Assembly (NCBI GenBank): GCA_963815195.1
Contig: CAWFGE010000021.1
Location: 96,001 to 160,000, forward strand
DNA from: an uncultured Planctomycetaceae bacterium
GTDB lineage: Bacteria; Planctomycetota; Planctomycetia; Planctomycetales; Planctomycetaceae
DNA length: 64,000 nucleotides
Direction: 5' to 3'
Part shown: piece by piece, positions 51,272 through 60,782 of the stretch
How the letters are laid out: every line of letters starts with the position of its first letter
How positions within the stretch are numbered: position 1 is the first letter of the stretch
Notes under the pieces: generated by a model
Databases searched by the model: none
Seen by the model: only the letters and a program-made list of their open reading frames with translations
Told to the model about the DNA's origin: nothing
Made by a program: the position numbers and the translations under genes

Positions 51272-54073
51272 TCATTGTGTGACGCCATAGAGGCTCAGTT
51301 GCCCGTCCGTGCAAAAGACGGCGAAATGATTGCGGGCGAAGGGCATCACGGAAAGCGGATCGCCCGGGCTCTCGAGCGACGCGGCCAACGACAACCTGTT
51401 GAGGCTCGTGTCGTAGATCTCGATCTTGGATTCATCGGCGGCGATGAGTTTGCCCGTGACGGTAAACGCCGTGCGGGGGCAGTTGAGACCGTAGCCGAAC
51501 TGCCGCATTTGCTGCGTGTCCTTCCAAAACACCACGCCGCCTTCTTCGAAGCTCGCCGCAACGCGAATCCGCGAGTGCGGGGCCGATCCGCTCAGCCCCA
51601 CGATTCGCCCGGCCAGGGGAATCTCCGCGTCCCGCTGGTTCGCATCGATGGAAAGCAAACAGTCGCCCAATCCCAGGTAACATCCTTCCGGGCGCGCGTG
51701 AATGGGAATCTCCCGACCGAAATCGGCTTCCCACGGCGAAGGGGACAACTGCCGCGTGACGATCGGCACATGGTCGGCCGAGTACACGCTGAGATCGAGC
51801 AGATCGCCGCCGGCGACGGTCCAAGACGCGCCGTGGGCCGTTTGAGCCAGGGCGATCGTATCGCGGGTGGTCCAAGGCGGTGTTAGCGCTCGCCGCGGCT
51901 CGGCCGAACTGTCACCCGCCGGCGAAATGGTCACCGTGTCGCTCGTGAACCAGTGGGACGTGGCTGCCTCTCGTGGTCCGGATTCCGCAAACAGCCGCGG
52001 AGGCAGCGGTGGGCCGCCCAGCGGGTGCACCCACACGTCGTGGGTGTCGTTGGGCGATGGAGCGAGCAGCACGCCACTCTCGTGCATCGCGGGCGAACTC
52101 CACCGGATCAGGTCGAAAGGCTGATTGGAATTCCATTGCGCCCGCACCCGCATGAGCACCAATTGCCCGTCGCAGTAACCGGCCGCGAAGAAATATCGAT
52201 TGGACGACGCGGCGCGATGCCACGCGATGTCCGGGGGAAGCTTCACAACGCCCAAGAGTTCCGGCTTGGCCGGCGACTTGGAGATGGAATACGCTCCCGC
52301 GGAGCGCTTTGGCTCGATGCCCTTGAGATACCGCTCGCAATCGCGGTTCAGCAAACGATCTTCCGGAGCGAGTTTTTCGATTGTCCGCAGCAGCCGGCGG
52401 TCTTCGGAATAGATGCCCCGGCTCCGCGAAGCGACGAGCTTTCGCGAGACAATGACCTGCGTCCCATCGGCCGCGACGGCCCGCACCGATTCGTCGGGAT
52501 AATCGCCCGCGGCTTCCGCGAGAACTTCGGCCAACGGCAGAATGTGGCGAGGCTTCAATGAATTCCCGATGAGTTCCTGAACCCGCTTTCCCGCATCCGC
52601 ATGCCGGCCCCCGCGGCCCAGCAATCGCAGCTCCGCGCGGAGGCAATCTTGCGATTGGCTCCGGTCCGGCCAGCCGGATCGCAAGACTGTCAGGGCCCGT
52701 TCCGGATCGCGGCATTCTTCCTCGTACAGCTTCGCCCCGCGCAGCAAATCGCCCCGATCGCAGCACGCCTCCGCAGCTTTCCGATAGGCCATGTCCGCCT
52801 TGTCGTGTTGTTCGAGCCGGCGGCAAATCGCGCCGCATTTCTCGAACTCCCCGAGTGGCTCGTAGCGATTTATGGCTTCGTCCCAGAGGCCGCCTTCTTC
52901 CAGACACGCCGCGGCATCGTGGGGGCGGTGGAGCCGCTCTTCGTAAACGACCGCCGCCTCGCGGTAATAGCCACCCGACTTGAGAGCCGCCGCCGCCGAT
53001 TCCATTTCGCCCAAAAGCTCCGCGTAGATATACGCGGCCCGCCGGTGTCGTCGCAGCCGGATTTCGCGTTCGGCGAGTTCGCGATAGCGGGCCGTCAACT
53101 GGTGCAGCGTTGCCGGCGGAATGTTCCAATAATCCGTCAGACCGCCGCCCGACGAAAAGCGGAAATCCACATCATGCGTCGTAAGCGTCGTCGAAGGCGG
53201 CGCGATGCCCCGGCCGGCGTCATTGCCCATCGGAATCGCGTATTTCAATCCCTTGTCCGGGTCGTTGTTGAGCAGATTCATCAACCGCGCGAGTTCCCGC
53301 TCGCGGGCCGACTGTTGCTCCGGCGACAACACGCGGTTGGCCCAGTTCGTCAACCGATCGATCCACGTCTCATGCGAAGCGGTGGCCGAGGCTTTGGAAG
53401 CGATCCATTGGACAAGCCAGGCCACGGGCACCAGCGGAGCCATGAGCATGGGTCCCCACGAACCTCGCGGCGGTTTTTCCCCGGGCGAAGGCGGCAGCTC
53501 ATCGAGCGAATCCGACTCGGTGCCGATGTCGTCCTGCCCGCTTTGCAGGATCATTTCGACCGAAAGCGAATGGATGGCATCGATCGAAACCAAGCGGCGG
53601 GCATACGCGATTCCCGGATGGGCCGTCCCCCACCGGCCGACAATTGGCGATGGAGCAGCCAGCAAATCCTCGACCGCCAAAACGTCACCCGCATCGAACC
53701 CGACGAGTCCCGCTGCCGGATGCCAAACGTAGAGCCGGTCTTCGGCAAACTGCTGCCGGAGTTCCGTCTCGCTGACCGCCGGTTCGAGCCTCGCTTCGAC
53801 CGGAAGATATAACCGCCCGGCCAACAGGCCGTAGGCGTGCGAGCGCGATTTCGGAACGATCGGCCGATCGCCCGAAACCACGACCAAGAGGCCAATGGGG
53901 CTTGGATCCTGTGCGGAGTGCGGAACGATCAACAACTGCAGGGCGGAGTGCGGAATGTCCCAACCGCAGAGTTCCATGAGCCACTGTTCCGCGCGGTCCC
54001 CCGGCAGGAACCAGCCCCGCGGTTCGCGGAGCGGCGATGTCGTAAATCGGAGATGCAAAGTCTTGGTGATCAT
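51272..54073 (-). CDS. MoxR-vWA-beta-propeller ternary system component (bpX3-like N-terminus, TPR-like repeats, beta-rich C-terminus)
   Basis: 933 aa. LYLPVEARLEP...WHPAAGLVGF, DPDKGLKYAIPM, and helical repeats RAAYIYAELLG...REAAVVYEE. ATGA overlap with the upstream gene. Confidence 0.7.
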   Translation of the reverse strand: MITKTLHLRFTTSPLREPRGWFLPGDRAEQWLMELCGWDIPHSALQLLIVPHSAQDPSPIGLLVVVSGDRPIVPKSRSHAYGLLAGRLYLPVEARLEPAVSETELRQQFAEDRLYVWHPAAGLVGFDAGDVLAVEDLLAAPSPIVGRWGTAHPGIAYARRLVSIDAIHSLSVEMILQSGQDDIGTESDSLDELPPSPGEKPPRGSWGPMLMAPLVPVAWLVQWIASKASATASHETWIDRLTNWANRVLSPEQQSARERELARLMNLLNNDPDKGLKYAIPMGNDAGRGIAPPSTTLTTHDVDFRFSSGGGLTDYWNIPPATLHQLTARYRELAEREIRLRRHRRAAYIYAELLGEMESAAAALKSGGYYREAAVVYEERLHRPHDAAACLEEGGLWDEAINRYEPLGEFEKCGAICRRLEQHDKADMAYRKAAEACCDRGDLLRGAKLYEEECRDPERALTVLRSGWPDRSQSQDCLRAELRLLGRGGRHADAGKRVQELIGNSLKPRHILPLAEVLAEAAGDYPDESVRAVAADGTQVIVSRKLVASRSRGIYSEDRRLLRTIEKLAPEDRLLNRDCERYLKGIEPKRSAGAYSISKSPAKPELLGVVKLPPDIAWHRAASSNRYFFAAGYCDGQLVLMRVRAQWNSNQPFDLIRWSSPAMHESGVLLAPSPNDTHDVWVHPLGGPPLPPRLFAESGPREAATSHWFTSDTVTISPAGDSSAEPRRALTPPWTTRDTIALAQTAHGASWTVAGGDLLDLSVYSADHVPIVTRQLSPSPWEADFGREIPIHARPEGCYLGLGDCLLSIDANQRDAEIPLAGRIVGLSGSAPHSRIRVAASFEEGGVVFWKDTQQMRQFGYGLNCPRTAFTVTGKLIAADESKIEIYDTSLNRLSLAASLESPGDPLSVMPFARNHFAVFCTDGQLSLYGVTQ

Positions 54074-56799
54074 CGCAATCGAGACCCAAACTCGCTCAAG
54101 AGATTCTTAAGATCGATCGACAAATTCTTCGAAGATTTCTGCCCCGTATAAAACTCGTCGCCCCACAACTCGCCGTTCGCGCACCAGCCGCTGACGGCCC
54201 CAGCGGTGAGGACAAACGAAACTTCGGGGACGTTCGGGTCGGAACTCTTCAGGTGGAGCAGCCCCCGCGAATCGAGAAACGCCCGGCTGCCGTCGGTCCA
54301 CTCGGCCATCTGCAACTTGTATTCGACTCCCGGCGGACCCGGAATCGGCTCGAACTGCCGCAGAGGCGTCACTTGATTTCGGTTGATGGCGATCGGCGCC
54401 ATGCGGAATCGGCTAAGCTCGTCATCGAAACTTAACGACAAGAATTCGTGCGCAGAAGTTTGAAGCAACAGTCCCTGCCCGTGCCGGGCGATCCCGCGGA
54501 TCCGGTTTCGATAATTTCGCGGATGGACCCATTTCCAAATCTCCGGATCGAGGGCAGAATAAGGGTCGCCATAAACCGGCATGACGGTTCGATTGAGCAC
54601 ATCAATCACCGCGGTCTCTTGAAAGGCGTTCTTATTCCACTGATGCTTCACCACAACCCGCGTGCCGGTGGACGAAACGGCGACGACGCTGATGGGGGCC
54701 ACCAGTTCCCGCAATGCGTGAAACGGAACAAGGGGCAAATAGAGTACCTCCCCTTCCTGATTCGAAAGTCCGACGCGATGCCCATCATGCGTCACCAGTC
54801 CGACGGGGCCTTGGATGCCTTCGGCGTCGAAGACCATCAGGGGACGATGGGCGCCCGTCGGCACTTCTTCGAATTGCGGTTCGATGCCGTCGTAGGACAG
54901 GGCTTTGTATCGACTAACCCCCGTGAAAAAGATCTCTGCGAAATATCTCCCGTGGATCCAATTAACGCCTGGGGGCGTGATCACGCTGTGGATCCGCCGG
55001 CCGGTGGTCATGTCGCAAATGTCGATTTCATTGCGGTGGATGACGAACAAGAACCCGGCATGATCGCAGACCGCGACGACGTGGGAATCGGACGTTTCGA
55101 GGGGATGGAATTCACAACGCCGCATTTCGAGGTCCGCGACGCCGAGCCACAGCCGGGGCTTGGAGTTGTTCCCCACGACAAAACTTGCGAAGCCCTGCTC
55201 GGCGCGAGTTTGGCTCCACAGCAACTTGCGGGACGGAAGCCGATCGGCGATCTGCTGGCCGCCCCGTTTCGGATCGTCCCAGTGCATCAGCCTGCGGTCG
55301 TTGGTGATCGACAGCACGCCGTGGTGCTGCACTCTCCAGGTCTGCTGCGGAATAAAATTGTGCGACAGCCGGAGCGGAAACGGCCGGAGCGCCAGGATCG
55401 CCGGCAGATCGGCCGGCACGTGCGGATCGATCAAGGGGACCGCGGGGTGTTCCGTCTTGGCGAATAACTTCTCGATGTCGAACTCCGCCTCGCGAAGCAC
55501 GCGGGTCCCGTGCGGCGTTCGCTCGAGCAACTGAAACGTCCCTGTTCGCGAAACGGTGGCGATAAACCCGATCGCTTCGCCGAACTCACGCATCGATTCC
55601 TGAAACTCGCGGTCGGCCAGCACACTTTCCGAGGTGACGAGAATCACGTCGGTCTCGCGATCTTCCTTTTCCATCCACGGGGACAGGTCGGCGAGAGCCG
55701 CGCCGGGATGGGCGTGCGGATCCAAGGCTTTCAAATGTTCGACAAGCCCCGCGCAGGTCGAAGAATCCGTGGGCAGAAACCGTTCGCCCTCGCTTCGGAG
55801 CACGCGGAGATCGACCGGGCCGTCGTTCATCGCGGCGAAAGACATCGCCGCCGAGGTCGCCATCACCCGCGGAACGCCCCACATCCGAAGGCCCGCGTCC
55901 AACAGCAGCAGCCGCGTGCGGGGCGGGCTTTGGGGCGGCGTTTCCCGGCGGAGATACATGGCTTCGTTCATCGCCACGCGCATCATCAGCATCTCATCGT
56001 CCTGGGCGAGTTCGGTTAGCAGCAACCGATCGAGGCTGCCGCGGTTCGCAATGTCCGACACGCCGCCCACGGGGATTTCGTCCGGCTGAACCAGCGGCCG
56101 CGGCAAATGCACCATCGCCAACAGATTCCGCGCGAGCCGGACCATCCCCGCGAACTCCTCATCGCTTTCGAGCCGGCGGAAGAGTTTGCGAATCCGCGTG
56201 GCGAGCGGCTCATCGACCTCCGCGGGGGCGACGATTTGCTCGAGGCCCGTTTCCAGCCGGAGCTTGAAAGCCTCCAAATTGAACCGCTTTAGGCCCTCCC
56301 GCAGCGGTCTTAGATCGTCCAATCTCCGATGAAGCCTGTCTTCGCGGCGGACGGCTTCGATCGCCATCCCATTGGCGAGCGCCTCGACCACGGCTTCGGC
56401 GACTTCCGGCGAAGTTCTCCGGGAAGTCGTCTCAAAAATCATCGCAGAGAGCTCCACCTTGGCGGAGATTCCGCTGCGAAGTTCCCACGGGATGTTGTGA
56501 ATCCGGTCGAGGAGCCGAATCTCTTCACTCGCCAAAACCGTGAAGGTGGATTTTGTCTTTAGCAGCGTCGGAACATTGCTCCACGAATCCCGGCACGCGG
56601 CGATCAGAAGCAGCACCGAACCCAACGGCGGCAGGCCTTTCGAGAGGTGCCGCCTTAGAACGGCTTCCAACTCCGAGCGGAAAGCGATGGTTTGGTCATC
56701 GTGGAACCACACAATCGCTTCGCCGTCTTCGGACCAGTTCCAGGTCCCGGCGCCCGGCGGTGTAAGATACTGGCTGACTTCGAAGCTCAAATCAGACAT
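54070..56799 (-). CDS. MoxR ternary system vWA-containing component (bpX0/bpX1-like) with C-terminal beta-propeller-like region
   Basis: 909 aa. GLPPLGSVLLL, GGVSDIANRGSLDRLLLTELA, AMYLRRETPP, degenerate MIDAS-like LLLLDAGLRMWG, and DSRGLLHLKSSD. Confidence 0.75.
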   Translation of the reverse strand: MSDLSFEVSQYLTPPGAGTWNWSEDGEAIVWFHDDQTIAFRSELEAVLRRHLSKGLPPLGSVLLLIAACRDSWSNVPTLLKTKSTFTVLASEEIRLLDRIHNIPWELRSGISAKVELSAMIFETTSRRTSPEVAEAVVEALANGMAIEAVRREDRLHRRLDDLRPLREGLKRFNLEAFKLRLETGLEQIVAPAEVDEPLATRIRKLFRRLESDEEFAGMVRLARNLLAMVHLPRPLVQPDEIPVGGVSDIANRGSLDRLLLTELAQDDEMLMMRVAMNEAMYLRRETPPQSPPRTRLLLLDAGLRMWGVPRVMATSAAMSFAAMNDGPVDLRVLRSEGERFLPTDSSTCAGLVEHLKALDPHAHPGAALADLSPWMEKEDRETDVILVTSESVLADREFQESMREFGEAIGFIATVSRTGTFQLLERTPHGTRVLREAEFDIEKLFAKTEHPAVPLIDPHVPADLPAILALRPFPLRLSHNFIPQQTWRVQHHGVLSITNDRRLMHWDDPKRGGQQIADRLPSRKLLWSQTRAEQGFASFVVGNNSKPRLWLGVADLEMRRCEFHPLETSDSHVVAVCDHAGFLFVIHRNEIDICDMTTGRRIHSVITPPGVNWIHGRYFAEIFFTGVSRYKALSYDGIEPQFEEVPTGAHRPLMVFDAEGIQGPVGLVTHDGHRVGLSNQEGEVLYLPLVPFHALRELVAPISVVAVSSTGTRVVVKHQWNKNAFQETAVIDVLNRTVMPVYGDPYSALDPEIWKWVHPRNYRNRIRGIARHGQGLLLQTSAHEFLSLSFDDELSRFRMAPIAINRNQVTPLRQFEPIPGPPGVEYKLQMAEWTDGSRAFLDSRGLLHLKSSDPNVPEVSFVLTAGAVSGWCANGELWGDEFYTGQKSSKNLSIDLKNLLSEFGSRLR

Positions 56800-57520
56800 G
56801 GCCCGCCGCCTCTGCCGAGATCCGAATGGCCGAGCGCGTGGCCCGGACGAAATCCTCTGCCGCGATCTGTTCGATGCGTCCCTCCTCGCGCCACAACATC
56901 AGAGTTCCTTCAGCCGGTGAAAACGCGCGGGCCAGGACTTCCGCATCGATGTCCGGGGACCAATGCCAACCGCTGGGCACCGCGATCCCGCGTTCTTCCA
57001 CAAACCGCTTTCCCGGAATCGGAGGCAAAGGCAATCCGCGAATGAGAACTTCGCGATCCGCCGAGACCGCGAACCGCCAGCGGTCGAGGCGAACTTGCGG
57101 AGCCGAGCTTCCGTAAGCCAGCCAATCCACCATCGATGCCAGGAGCAGGTTCGCTTCGCGGGGTTGGTGATGTCGAATCAACCGCAGCGGGACGCCGTTC
57201 GAAAGTCGCCCCGGAAGCGAAGCCCGGGGAAGCTCCACCGCCATCCACTTCGGCAAACTCTCCCACGGCCCTTCCGGAAGGAAGCCCTGCGGAACGCGGC
57301 GGTCCAGCCGGCAAAGCTGGCCGTCGCCCAACACGCGATAAGCCGTCGCCGCGGGAAGCTTCGTCAATGCCGATTCGATCGCTTCGGAGGATGCCGTGAC
57401 TCGCACCCAAATATCGCCGGCTTGGTTATCTTCGTGGATTTCGAGTCCGCCGAGCGTCCGCAGCGGTTCGAGCTGCGACAGCCTCTGCCGGGGAATGTGC
57501 ACTGCCTGAATTTCCGTCAC
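56792..57520 (-). CDS. MoxR ternary system accessory protein (bpX2-like)
   Basis: GTG 57520 overlaps the MoxR stop (GTGA). Motifs APQVRL, GLPLPPIPG, IAVPSG and TRSAIR. Overlaps the next start by 8 bp. Confidence 0.7.
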   Translation of the reverse strand: MTEIQAVHIPRQRLSQLEPLRTLGGLEIHEDNQAGDIWVRVTASSEAIESALTKLPAATAYRVLGDGQLCRLDRRVPQGFLPEGPWESLPKWMAVELPRASLPGRLSNGVPLRLIRHHQPREANLLLASMVDWLAYGSSAPQVRLDRWRFAVSADREVLIRGLPLPPIPGKRFVEERGIAVPSGWHWSPDIDAEVLARAFSPAEGTLMLWREEGRIEQIAAEDFVRATRSAIRISAEAAGHV

Positions 57521-58680
57521 GCCGGCCTCCCCAGTTTTTCCCAAAGCGCCTCCAACTGCTGTTCGAGATGCGCGTGCTGTTGTTCGTCGGCCACCCAGTG
57601 ACATCGGCTGTCGAGCACGCCGAGCTGGTCGCGGAGATACGCCCGGCTCGTCGCGTCGAGATTTTCTTTGTCCGCCCGCGCCGCGAGCCGATCCAGATCG
57701 CGCGCGAGTTCCTCGGCATCGGGAGCAGCCCTCTGATGCGAGCGGGCGTGCCGAGCGTGATCGGTCTTTCCGCCCGCATCGACGGCTTCCTGCACGATCG
57801 CCGCGATGACTTCCTGCTGCTCCTGCGTGTCCCAGATGTAGCGGAGGATCCACAGGTCCGTCTCCTCCACCAGCGTGCGCCCGCACAAAAAAGCGCTCGC
57901 TGCCAAGAGCCGCTGGAGCTTCACGGCCCGGCGGTCGGAAATGGCGGTCCCCGCGTGACGCAGGCGGTGGATCAACTCCAAATACGCCGGGCGAACCCGC
58001 GTGAAGTCCGCGAGAGGCAGCATGGATTGGAGCGCCAATACGTCCTCGACCGTCATTGCGGGCGGCTGCCGGCGGGCCTCGATGTCGAGAATCCAACCGG
58101 CCGCGAGCACTTCGTGCAATTGCTCCTGGGCCACGTTATCGCACTCGACGCGGAGCAAAAACCGATCGAACAGCGCCCCGAGGGCCTCATCTTCGGGCAA
58201 ACGGTTGCTGGCTCCGACGACCATCAGCGTCGGCAGCTTCCGCATCTCCCGGCCGCGGCGAAACACCCGCTCGTTGAGCACCATCAACAGGCTGTTGAGG
58301 ATCGCGCTGTTGGCGTTGAGCAGCTCGTCGAGAAACACAAACGACGCCTCCGGGAGCATGCCCTCCGTATTGGTGACGAGTTCCCCGTCCCGCAATCTGC
58401 GGATGTCGAACGGGCCGAAGATCTCGTTCGGCTCGGTAAACCGCGTGAGCAGATAATCGAACACCCGCCCGTCGATTCGCCGGGACAAGTCCTGCACCAG
58501 GGCGCTTTTCGCGGTCCCCGGCGGGCCGAGAATGAACAGGTTCTCTCCGCCGGCGAGGCACACGCCCAACAGGTCAATCACCTCGTCCTTGCCGACGAAG
58601 GCGTCTTTCATCGGTTGGAGGACTTCCTCATTCAGCCGGCGGGCCGATGCAAAGTTCACTGCTTCGGTCGTATTTGTCAT
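57517..58680 (-). CDS. MoxR/RavA-like AAA+ ATPase
   Basis: Walker A GPPGTAKS, YLLTRFTEPNEIFGP, Walker B VFLDE, ILNSLL, VGASN, LFDRF and ISDRR. Start MTNTTE overlaps the upstream stop. Confidence 0.93.
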   Translation of the reverse strand: MTNTTEAVNFASARRLNEEVLQPMKDAFVGKDEVIDLLGVCLAGGENLFILGPPGTAKSALVQDLSRRIDGRVFDYLLTRFTEPNEIFGPFDIRRLRDGELVTNTEGMLPEASFVFLDELLNANSAILNSLLMVLNERVFRRGREMRKLPTLMVVGASNRLPEDEALGALFDRFLLRVECDNVAQEQLHEVLAAGWILDIEARRQPPAMTVEDVLALQSMLPLADFTRVRPAYLELIHRLRHAGTAISDRRAVKLQRLLAASAFLCGRTLVEETDLWILRYIWDTQEQQEVIAAIVQEAVDAGGKTDHARHARSHQRAAPDAEELARDLDRLAARADKENLDATSRAYLRDQLGVLDSRCHWVADEQQHAHLEQQLEALWEKLGRPA

Positions 58681-59324
58681 TCGGGGTTTGCCTCTTGATT
58701 TCTCGACGTAACGGCCTTGTGGATTTCCGGAGCCAGGTGGTGATGCATCCCATAAGCGGCCCCGGCGGCGTCTTGCACTTCGGGAGGATCGAGCCGCGAG
58801 ACATCCTGTTTTGCAATGATGCGATCGATGTAAATGCTTCGGAGACTGTCGTGGTCCAGAATCTCGTCCAGGGATTCCGGAACGATGCCGGGAATCCCGA
58901 CCGAGGACAACGGCCATTCTTTGGCCCATTGTTCGAGGTGTTTTAGCAAGGGGTCGGACCCTGACGCCGACTTTGCGCGAAGGTGCAACTCCGGCAGCAG
59001 GCGAAATGTCAGATCGACCGAATAATGGGCACTCGTGTTCCGCGGTCCGGGAAACGGGCGCGAGAGAATTTCATCGACGCCCGCTTCGTCAATTTCGCGA
59101 AAGGTCAACGCCACAACCGCTCCATAAAACATCTCCGCCGCCCAAACCGCGGCCGCCATTCGAAGTTCGGGCGGTTGTCCGGGGCAGTCCAGCCGGTATC
59201 GCTGCTCGAACTCCGCAAGAACCGATTCCGCGGCCCGCCGATCTTCGTCATCAGGACACTCCGGTCCGCGCAGCTGCATCCGCCCCTCATTCAGCAATGA
59301 GTGCAAAACGCTTGCAAATTCCAT
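58677..59324 (-). CDS. MoxR ternary system accessory protein (bpX4-like)
   Basis: 215-aa helical protein with HYSVDLTFRLLP, WPLSSVG and YIDRII. First gene of the coupled operon. Confidence 0.7.
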   Translation of the reverse strand: MEFASVLHSLLNEGRMQLRGPECPDDEDRRAAESVLAEFEQRYRLDCPGQPPELRMAAAVWAAEMFYGAVVALTFREIDEAGVDEILSRPFPGPRNTSAHYSVDLTFRLLPELHLRAKSASGSDPLLKHLEQWAKEWPLSSVGIPGIVPESLDEILDHDSLRSIYIDRIIAKQDVSRLDPPEVQDAAGAAYGMHHHLAPEIHKAVTSRNQEANPE

Positions 59325-59553
59325 GAGGTCTCTTTCGCTGTTTTCGCGTCGGCGGATTCGCTGAATTATTATGGAATGACACCGGGCGGACGGAAACCGT
59401 TCGCGCCGCTTCGCGGGATCACTCGGTTTCCATGATAATCTCCCGAAAATCTTCGATCACTTTTTTTCCACCGCGAAATGGGAGATACTGAAATCTCGCC
59501 GCTGGATTTTAGATTCGATCCGTTTCGTAAAATATCGCAAAAGAGAAATCGGC

Positions 59554-60720
59554 ATGTTGAAAGCCCTGCTCACTTCGTTCCTGATCGTCAGCCTCTCGGC
59601 CTCAGCCGTTGCCGATCCGGTCCCCGAATTCCGCTGGCGGGAGGTCAAGATCGATGCGATCGAGATCGGTTACGGCCTGCAGATGGCCGACGTCAACGGC
59701 GATGGAAAAACCGACATCGTGCTCGCCGACAAGAACACCATTCAATGGTACGAAAACCCCGGCTGGACGAAACACATCATCGCCAAAAACCTCACCGAGC
59801 GGGACAACGTCTGTGTCGCCGCGCGGGACATCGACGGGGATGGGAAATGCGAAATCGCGGTCGGCGGCCAGTGGAATTATCTGGAAAGCGTGAAAGACGG
59901 GGCCGTGTTCTACTTGATCCCGCCCGCGGACCGCACGAAGCTCTGGACTCCCGTCAGGCTTTATCACGAGCCCAGCACCCACCGCATGCACTGGGTCAAA
60001 GGCCCGGACAATCAGTTTCGGCTGGTCGTCAAACCATTGCGGGGAAAGGGCAGCATGCACGGGGAAGGCCCGGGTTTGCGCGTGCTGGAATACTTCGTGC
60101 CCAAGAACCCCCAGGACGAATGGAAGTTCGGCGTCGTCTGCGACTTCCTGCACCTCTCGCACAATTTTCAGCCGGTGAATTGGGACGACGACCCGGAAGA
60201 AGAACTTATCGTGGCGGCGAAGGAAGGCGTTTGGCACTTCGATAGGGTCAAAGACGATTGGAAGGCCACTCAGTTGACCAAAGACTTCGCCGGCGAGATC
60301 CGCGACGGCAAACTGCCGAACGGCAAGCGATTCATCGTCACGATCGAACCCATGCACGGATCGAAATCCGCCGTCTATGTCGAGCCCAAAAAACCGGGCG
60401 ATCTGTGGGAGCGCGTGGCGGTGCTCGACGAGTCGCTCAAAGACGGCCACGCTCTCGCGTGCGCGGATTTTCTCGGAACCGGGTCCGATCAGATTGTCGT
60501 CGGCTGGCGGGCCATGAACGATCCGGGCGTCCCGGGTATCAAACTGTTTGCGCCCCTCGACAAAGATGGGACCAAGTGGCGCGAGACCAAAATCTCCTCC
60601 GGCAAAGTGGCCGTGGAAGACATCAAAGTGGCCGACCTCGACGGGGACGGCAAAACGGACATCGTCGCGGCCGCCCGGCAAACGAAAAACCTCGTGATTT
60701 TCTTCAACGAGAGTGAATAG
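59554..60720 (+). CDS. Secreted FG-GAP/VCBS repeat protein
   Basis: Signal peptide; ADVNGDGKTDIV, DIDGDGKCEIAV, ADLDGDGKTDIV repeats and WYENP. Confidence 0.88.
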   Translation: MLKALLTSFLIVSLSASAVADPVPEFRWREVKIDAIEIGYGLQMADVNGDGKTDIVLADKNTIQWYENPGWTKHIIAKNLTERDNVCVAARDIDGDGKCEIAVGGQWNYLESVKDGAVFYLIPPADRTKLWTPVRLYHEPSTHRMHWVKGPDNQFRLVVKPLRGKGSMHGEGPGLRVLEYFVPKNPQDEWKFGVVCDFLHLSHNFQPVNWDDDPEEELIVAAKEGVWHFDRVKDDWKATQLTKDFAGEIRDGKLPNGKRFIVTIEPMHGSKSAVYVEPKKPGDLWERVAVLDESLKDGHALACADFLGTGSDQIVVGWRAMNDPGVPGIKLFAPLDKDGTKWRETKISSGKVAVEDIKVADLDGDGKTDIVAAARQTKNLVIFFNESE

Positions 60721-60782
60721 ATGGAGCAGGCCGCGAGCTCGTTGACAAGGTTTTCGCTCAGCACACCCGATAGGAATCCCAG

